Below, one piece after another: positions 37,912 to 43,022 of a DNA stretch of 43,022 nt. The stretch comes from an uncultured Candidatus Poseidoniales archaeon (GTDB lineage: Archaea > Thermoplasmatota > Poseidoniia > Poseidoniales > Thalassarchaeaceae). The notes under the pieces are model-generated. The model saw nothing but the letters and a program-made list of their open reading frames with translations, had not been told where the DNA came from and did no database searches. Made by a program: the position numbers and the translations under genes. The first letter of the stretch is position 1, and every line of letters starts with the position of its first letter. The DNA lies in the NCBI GenBank assembly GCA_964645485.1, contig CAZXZO010000017.1:1-43022 (forward strand), read 5' to 3'.

Positions 37912-38696
37912 TTATCCACCCCCGAGTTGGTTGAGATAATATCACGGATTGTAGCCGATTCTTCCTCACTTAATGGTTCAACAGATTCTGGTACACCCAT
38001 TCTTTTTTCGCCAAGCCAAACAAATGTGATGAAAATCATTAGTGCTAGGCCACTGCCAAACAACATTCCTCCAAGATCTCCTAATGCTCCCCAAGAAGCA
38101 CTTCTCCAAAACACCGGGTCATCTGAGTTTGTTCCTTGTGCTAAAAGATAGATTAATAGTAGGAATGAAGCAATTGAAATAAAGGCCATGACGGATGCTT
38201 CTTTGAACCTTGAATCACCCATGATTAGTGCGAAGGCAGCAGCAAATCCTGCAACTACAACTTGTGCGGTTAGGAAACTAGTCACGAAGTGTTGCCACCA
38301 AGGGTTTGCGACCCCGTCTATTGTGGGCCGAGCTTCAAACACCATCCATGCAAACCATGCGGCTGATAAAATCATCAATGCAAATCCAAATGGTCGAACT
38401 TTGCGTGGTAATGGGGCTACTGGAATCGGTCCTGAAAACAAAGTAAACCAAATGCCGAACAACATTGCAATTATTGGTCCGATAAGTGAAATCAATAGGT
38501 GTAAAGACCACCCTTCAGGGTTAGAATCTAAAGGACTAGGTTGAGCGATTATTGCTATCGTTAATAGAACCAAGAGGACTTTACCTGTGAATCTACGCTG
38601 AGATTCGTTGGAAACCACCAATCCGATTCCCAGCGGAAGTAGAAAGACAGGTAGCCAATACTGCCAGATGAGTGTTAGTCCAAGCATCTCAAACAA
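37908..38696 (-). CDS. Polytopic membrane protein of unknown function
   Basis: About 7 hydrophobic segments. Confidence 0.75.
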   Translation of the reverse strand: MFEMLGLTLIWQYWLPVFLLPLGIGLVVSNESQRRFTGKVLLVLLTIAIIAQPSPLDSNPEGWSLHLLISLIGPIIAMLFGIWFTLFSGPIPVAPLPRKVRPFGFALMILSAAWFAWMVFEARPTIDGVANPWWQHFVTSFLTAQVVVAGFAAAFALIMGDSRFKEASVMAFISIASFLLLIYLLAQGTNSDDPVFWRSASWGALGDLGGMLFGSGLALMIFITFVWLGEKRMGVPESVEPLSEEESATIRDIISTNSGVDK

Positions 38697-38838
38697 GCAC
38701 CGCGAGCAGGCTCATCACCTTGAAGATTGACTTTATGTACCTCAATTCTGCCTGTTCAAAATAGTGGGCTTAACACGACACTCTCAAATAGGGGTCGTCA
38801 GTGGGCGAGTCGCCCTAAGGGCATAGGTGATACATTCC

Positions 38839-39123
38839 ATGGTCAATCGTCCACGAAAAGTAAAGCGATACAGCCCTGCTGCTGGACGCCATACCGTGCA
38901 TACGATTGAGCGCGTGAAAAAGCGCCGTGCGAGTGAATTGAAGTGGGGTCAACGCCGATTCCGTAGGGTTACTGCCGGTTACCGTGGTTTCCCACGCCCG
39001 AAGCCAGAAGGACGAGAGAAGCCAACTCGCCGAGTTAACATTCTATACCGGTGCACAGAAACCGGTAAGGCACACACACCAAAGTGCTACAGAGCAAAGA
39101 AGTTCAACCTAACTGATGATTGA
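38839..39123 (+). CDS. rpl44e: 50S ribosomal protein eL42 (L44e)
   Basis: HTVHTIERVKKRRASELKWGQRRFRRVTAGYRGFPRP...EKPTRRVNILYRC. ATG 38839 follows AGGTGA; first gene of the conserved operon. Confidence 0.95.
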   Translation: MVNRPRKVKRYSPAAGRHTVHTIERVKKRRASELKWGQRRFRRVTAGYRGFPRPKPEGREKPTRRVNILYRCTETGKAHTPKCYRAKKFNLTDD

Positions 39124-39133
39124 GGTGAATACA

Positions 39134-39304
39134 ATGACAGGAAAATTTGTACGTGTATCTTGCCGTGATTGCGGAAATGAACAAGTTATCTTTGAGCGCG
39201 CTTGCACAAAGATTTCCTGTAATATCTGTGGGGCTACTCTAACTCAACCAGCAGGCGGCAAGGCAAAACTTGTCAGCGCTGCAGTGGTTGAAATTCTTGA
39301 GTAA
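39134..39304 (+). CDS. rps27e: 30S ribosomal protein eS27 (S27e)
   Basis: KFVRVSCRDCGNEQVIF...CNICGATLTQPAGGKA. ATG 39134 follows GAGGTGA. Confidence 0.96.
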   Translation: MTGKFVRVSCRDCGNEQVIFERACTKISCNICGATLTQPAGGKAKLVSAAVVEILE

Positions 39305-39324
39305 ACTCCGAGTGTGAATAACAA

Positions 39325-40116
39325 ATGACAGCAGATAATGATGATTGGCCTGAGGAAGGCGAAATTGTTGTTTGTGTGATTACCGAAGTCAAAAAGAATG
39401 GTGCATATGCCTCACTTGACAGTTATGGTGACAAAGAGGGTTTCATCTTCGTTGGTGAAATTGCTGCAGGATGGGTCAAGAATATTCGTGGATTTGTCCG
39501 CAAAGGACAGAGAATGGCTGCTAAAGTCATGAAGGTCAAGAAAGACCGCAAAACCGTTGAATTGTCTCTCAAATCTGTAAGTGAAGAACGTCGTCGTGAG
39601 GCGATGCAGAAGTGGAAGAACGAGAATCGAGCTACTCAACTCTTAGGGATTGTGGGAGAACGCGTAAAGTGGCCTGAGTCAGAAACTTCCGAGATGTCAA
39701 AAGAACTGGTGGAAGCGTTTGGCGACCTTTATACCGCATTTGAGGAATGTGCAATCGATGAATCAGCACTCAAAGATTTAGGATTCGAGGGCGACTGGTG
39801 TAAGATTTTCATTGAACTAGCAGTTGAGAATATCATACCGCCATTTGTCAATATTCGTGGATTTCTAGAAATCGAAGTTGTGGCAGAGGATGGCATCGAA
39901 GTCATACGAGAAGCACTGTCTGCAGCCGAAGAAGCAGGAACCGACACCGAAGATGAGACAGTTGTGACTTGTCACTATGATGGCGCTCCAAGATATCGAA
40001 TCGAAATAAGAGCGCCTGATTACAAAACAGCAGAAAATGCGTGGCGAGCAGCAGAATCAACTGCAATCCCTGTAATCAAGAGTGCTGGCGGCACTGCAGT
40101 CGCGCAGAGAGTCTGA
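39325..40116 (+). CDS. eif2a: Translation initiation factor aIF2 alpha subunit
   Basis: WPEEGEIVVC, S1 domain (GWVKNIRGFVRKGQ, VELSLKSV), GAPRYRIEIRAPDYKTAE. Confidence 0.96.
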   Translation: MTADNDDWPEEGEIVVCVITEVKKNGAYASLDSYGDKEGFIFVGEIAAGWVKNIRGFVRKGQRMAAKVMKVKKDRKTVELSLKSVSEERRREAMQKWKNENRATQLLGIVGERVKWPESETSEMSKELVEAFGDLYTAFEECAIDESALKDLGFEGDWCKIFIELAVENIIPPFVNIRGFLEIEVVAEDGIEVIREALSAAEEAGTDTEDETVVTCHYDGAPRYRIEIRAPDYKTAENAWRAAESTAIPVIKSAGGTAVAQRV

Positions 40117-40181
40117 AACCGAGGTTCGTTGGGCAATCGCTTTGAACCGTGTCCACTACAATTGGATGTAGGGTGGTGAAA

Positions 40182-40391
40182 ATGGCTCGCTCAAGAATTC
40201 AGAAATGCCGAGATTGTGGCAGTTATGGTCTTAGCACTACGTGCAAGAAGTGTGGAGGGGTTGCACAGGTCGCAGCCCCCCTCAAGTTTTCACCACAAGA
40301 CCCACAAGCAAAGCGCCGACGAGAATATGAAAATTTCACCGACCCAAAATGGGTGGAAAACCTCCCTAGTCCCAAGGAGGAAGAGGAGTGA
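40182..40391 (+). CDS. nop10: H/ACA RNP protein Nop10
   Basis: IQKCRDCGSYGLSTTCKKCGG...PLKFSPQDP...RR. ATG 40182 follows GGTGA; canonical position after aIF2-alpha. Confidence 0.92.
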   Translation: MARSRIQKCRDCGSYGLSTTCKKCGGVAQVAAPLKFSPQDPQAKRRREYENFTDPKWVENLPSPKEEEE

Positions 40392-41155
40392 GTAGGTCGA
40401 GAATAGTTTGGTATGGTGGGGCAAAAAAACTCCCCAAAAGTGAACTAATGCTTCACGCTGTTCCCGGTGTTGGAAATGTGGGTAAATTAGTGACGGACAG
40501 TCTCGTAAATACCCATGATAGCACTTTAGTCGCACGAATACTCCACCCTGACCTACCACCTCACGCAACTCTAAGTGAGAACGGAATTTTGACTCCACCT
40601 TCTCTTGAAATCCACTCTGTGAGTTTGCCAAGTGGAAGCAATATCATGACACTTTCAAGTAATTTTCAGCCTTTGACTCCGGCTGGTCAGTATGAAGTCG
40701 CTTCTTCATTTCTAGAATGCTGCAAGGATGCAAAAATCGGCCGTGTGTTGATTTTAGCAGGACTTTCGGCCGAGCCAGGCGATGAATCAGTTCATGTTGT
40801 ATGTGCGAGTGAAGATGATGTTAAAGAAATCACAGATATTGGTGTTGAAGTTTCCAAAGAGCATCCCGCTGCCGGAATTATTGGGATGACCGGGATGGTT
40901 TCATCTTTAGCACCCACGTTCGATCAGGCTTCAGCATGTGTAATCGCTGAAACGGTCGGCACCAGTGCTGATTCTGTAGCGGCCGACCGGATGGTCAATT
41001 TTCTCAAGGATTCATTCAAATTAGACCTTGGTCTTGAACTCAATAACACAAAAGAAACTGCTGAAAAGTTGAAGGCATTTTTTGACCTTGATGAAATCGC
41101 AGAAATGCCACTTGACTTTGATGTTGCAGAACAAGATGCAGGATTTTACGCCTGA
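40388..41155 (+). CDS. PAC2-family proteasome assembly chaperone
   Basis: AVPGVGNVGKLV, QPLTPAGQY, GIIGMTG; canonical position after nop10. Confidence 0.88.
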   Translation: MSRSRIVWYGGAKKLPKSELMLHAVPGVGNVGKLVTDSLVNTHDSTLVARILHPDLPPHATLSENGILTPPSLEIHSVSLPSGSNIMTLSSNFQPLTPAGQYEVASSFLECCKDAKIGRVLILAGLSAEPGDESVHVVCASEDDVKEITDIGVEVSKEHPAAGIIGMTGMVSSLAPTFDQASACVIAETVGTSADSVAADRMVNFLKDSFKLDLGLELNNTKETAEKLKAFFDLDEIAEMPLDFDVAEQDAGFYA

Positions 41156-41197
41156 CTTTGGTTCGTTTGGCATCTTTATTGTGCGACAAATGTGTAG

Positions 41198-41398
41198 TTA
41201 GCCACCTGATGAGACTATTACAAGTTCAAGGGAAACATCGCTGTTGAGTTGGCTATCATGTGGTACAATAATACCGTCATGTACTGCTAACACGGTACTT
41301 GGATGAATGTCCAGTTTGACTAGCAATTCTCGAATTCTGATGCCTTCATCACACTCAACCGAATGTGTCTTGTCATCATGAGTTAGGGATACGTGCAT
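41198..41398 (-). CDS. ThiS/MoaD/SAMP-like ubiquitin-fold protein
   Basis: 67 aa ending in VIVSSGG; IRELLVKLDIHPSTVLAVHDG. ATG 41398 follows GAGGA (track start 41434). Confidence 0.88.
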   Translation of the reverse strand: MHVSLTHDDKTHSVECDEGIRIRELLVKLDIHPSTVLAVHDGIIVPHDSQLNSDVSLELVIVSSGG

Positions 41399-41441
41399 AA
41401 TCCTCGGAAGTGATTGCCCATTTTGATTGTTCACATCTGGT

Positions 41442-41461
41442 AATAATAATTAATTATTATT
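41442..41461. repeat. Perfect 20-bp AT-only palindrome
   Basis: aataataatt|aattattatt. Confidence 0.9.
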
Positions 41462-41546
41462 TGACAAACCCTCTAACAAACGGGGTTTCGCTACCCATGG
41501 TGAATTTTTGTAGAACCTATCGTTTAATAGAGCCGGGTATTTCAGA

Positions 41547-42563
41547 ATGAATATGTCAGACAATCTCATCTGCTTAACATGTGGAAATAATCTTGTGGTA
41601 GATGAATTATTTGATGTCTATTCGTCAATCTGTTTTTCCTGCGGGGATGTGGGGAAATTCACTAAGACAAGAAGAATTACTTCTTCAGCAACTAGCATCG
41701 TTCTTGAGGCTTTGAAGGATGGGCTCAAACCCAACCCAAGAGCCGCTAGCCACAAAGTGTACCGGCACAAACTAGCGGATGAAAAGAAGATTGCGAAAGC
41801 CTTCCGTAGTACATTTCGTACTTTGATAAATCACAAGGATGGAATGAGAGATTGGGCTCCCCCAAAAGTTATGAGAACTCAAGAGCAATTTCTTGATGGT
41901 ACAAGAAAAGAATATAATATGCCCAAAAGGATGACAAAAACACAGATTGAAGGGGATTCTATAGGTGAATTGTATGAACATTATTTTTGCCATCTTGTTG
42001 CAGATCATCCACGGATGACGAGTCTAAATATGGAACAGAGAGTATATCTTGCGAATGGTGAAATGTTGCTGAGAGGTAAACCAGATTTTGCTTATCTATA
42101 CCAAGGAAAGGATGAGACAATGACTATTCCGGTGGAGTTGAAAACGGTAAAAGAAGATGTATTTGACCATGGAAAGTTGAGAGATGATACTCTAAAACAA
42201 GTTTCGAGATATGCTTATCTTGGCCAAAAAATTGGGTGGTCAAATCGACCAATTTGCGCGTTAATATTGGTCGCAAGAGATAGTGGCCGTTGTACAACGA
42301 TGATAATTGATGACAGATATTATTCAGAAAAGGACCATAAAAACAAATTAATTGAAAAAATTGGAGTTCTTGATGCAAGATTAAAGAATCATGATTCTGG
42401 TAAAGTGCCTCTTGCTAGAGCTTGGAATCTGCTTTCAGAAAAAGAGGATTTTGAGTCATTAGATGAAGGTGATGGCCTCTTAAGCATTGATAAATGGGTC
42501 ATCAATGCAGTGCAAGCAAGAATTGATAGAGTGAATAAACGTACAAAAAAAGTTGATTCATAA
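41547..42563 (+). CDS. PD-(D/E)xK nuclease of RecB/Cas4-like type with an N-terminal Zn ribbon
   Basis: CLTC...CFSC; IGELYEHYF, LRGKPDF, PVELKT, QVSRYA (QxxxY). AT-rich, K/R-rich. Confidence 0.8.
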   Translation: MNMSDNLICLTCGNNLVVDELFDVYSSICFSCGDVGKFTKTRRITSSATSIVLEALKDGLKPNPRAASHKVYRHKLADEKKIAKAFRSTFRTLINHKDGMRDWAPPKVMRTQEQFLDGTRKEYNMPKRMTKTQIEGDSIGELYEHYFCHLVADHPRMTSLNMEQRVYLANGEMLLRGKPDFAYLYQGKDETMTIPVELKTVKEDVFDHGKLRDDTLKQVSRYAYLGQKIGWSNRPICALILVARDSGRCTTMIIDDRYYSEKDHKNKLIEKIGVLDARLKNHDSGKVPLARAWNLLSEKEDFESLDEGDGLLSIDKWVINAVQARIDRVNKRTKKVDS

Positions 42564-42566
42564 AGA

Positions 42567-42957
42567 TGTCAAGCTATTGTGAAGGACAGAGAGATAGAAT
42601 ATTTTTGATTCTAAAAATTCCTTCACCATGATCAGTCCAATTCTACAACTATACGAGTTTTCAGTTGAAACTTTAATTTTGGAAAACTCGCGTGGTTCAA
42701 TTCTCTTTCCATTATATTGAAAATGCTGGGAAAGCCGAGAGGGAGATTTGCTCAGTGTCAGAATGGTGGAATTGTTGAGTTATGTCCAGTTCTGACTTGT
42801 TGCAAACTCCCCTCGCTTCGCTCAGTCCAGTTTGCAACCATCGCGTGTGCGGCCGAATTGTTGAGAATTGTACAGCACACGCTTGGTTCAAACTCCCTTC
42901 GGCACCTTCTTTGCAGTCATGTGCTATGAGCGAAGGCGCCGAGAGGGAGATTTGAAC
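42567..42957. repeat. Tandemly duplicated ~190-200-bp structured module downstream of tRNA-Ser, each copy ending in the tRNA 3' end
   Basis: Matching landmarks: tgtca 42567/42756, TCAGTCC ending 42638/42828, ggttcaa 42694/42885, gccgagagggagatttg 42734/42938. Confidence 0.85.
42734..42750 (-). repeat. Exact 17-bp direct-repeat copy of the tRNA-Ser 3' end (att-like)
   Basis: gccgagagggagatttg is identical to 42938-42954. Confidence 0.95.
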
Positions 42958-43019
42958 TCCCGCGTCACGAGGACAGTGGATTTCGAATCCACCGCGATAC
43001 CGGGCTATGCGATCTCGGC
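42937..43019 (-). tRNA. tRNA-Ser(CGA), long variable arm, CCA not encoded
   Basis: Reverse complement GCCGAGATCGCATAGCCCGGTATCGCGGTGGATTCGAAATCCACTGTCCTCGTGACGCGGGAGTTCAAATCTCCCTCTCGGCG. Anticodon stem GTGGA/TCCAC with CGA; G discriminator. Confidence 0.97.
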
Positions 43020-43022
43020 TGT

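Noticed and set aside
41547-42563. Calling the nuclease Cas4
   Set aside because: It lacks the C-terminal three-Cys cluster of Fe-S Cas4 and has no cas1/cas2 or array context. Only the shared RecB-type motifs are present.
42619-42828. C/D box sRNA (CTGA on the minus strand of the loops)
   Set aside because: No properly spaced RUGAUGA C box or C'/D' pair accompanies the CTGA.
42717-42929. 70-aa ORF across the tRNA-Ser trailer
   Set aside because: It lies entirely within the hairpin and repeat module, has no SD or motif, and is better explained as non-coding.
41442-42957. Prophage or integrative element at tRNA-Ser
   Set aside because: No integrase or viral genes are present. The 17-bp att-like repeats enclose only about 190 bp, the nuclease lies outside them, and no third tRNA-end copy was found to its left.

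Overview
This is archaeal DNA, most consistent with Marine Group II (Ca. Poseidoniales, Thermoplasmatota). The placement is an inference from archaeal informational genes (eL42, eS27, aIF2-alpha, Nop10, PAC2, eL37, archaeosine TGT, CTP-dependent riboflavin kinase) mixed with bacterial-type metabolic genes and acidic membrane-anchored surface proteins. The window is mostly core genome: a giant surface protein, folD, a PGF-CTERM purple acid phosphatase, a full sufCBDS-(DUF302-SufE)-SufT operon with a divergent NfuA-like gene, tgtA, a two-ATPase/two-permease ABC operon, truA, ribK, purF and the rpl44e-rps27e-eif2a-nop10-PAC2 operon. There are two tRNA genes, Thr-UGU and Ser-CGA. The most unusual signal is non-coding. 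Both tRNAs are followed at their 3' ends by arrays of ~40-nt inverted-repeat units at a 42-45 bp period. Four units carry the same 20-nt loop ending in TCAGTCC, closed by stems of different sequence (three intact, one degenerate). At the Ser locus the ~190-bp module is tandemly duplicated with a 17-bp copy of the tRNA 3' end, contains an antisense copy of the tRNA T-arm/acceptor, and abuts a solitary RecB/Cas4-like nuclease gene. Other points of interest are a 45-bp in-frame tandem repeat joining the NfuA-like gene to a start-less 111-codon ORF, a DUF302-SufE fusion, loss of Zn ligands in TGT and eL42, and a ThiI-like protein lacking its PP-loop. All assignments come from reading motifs by eye; no database search was run.
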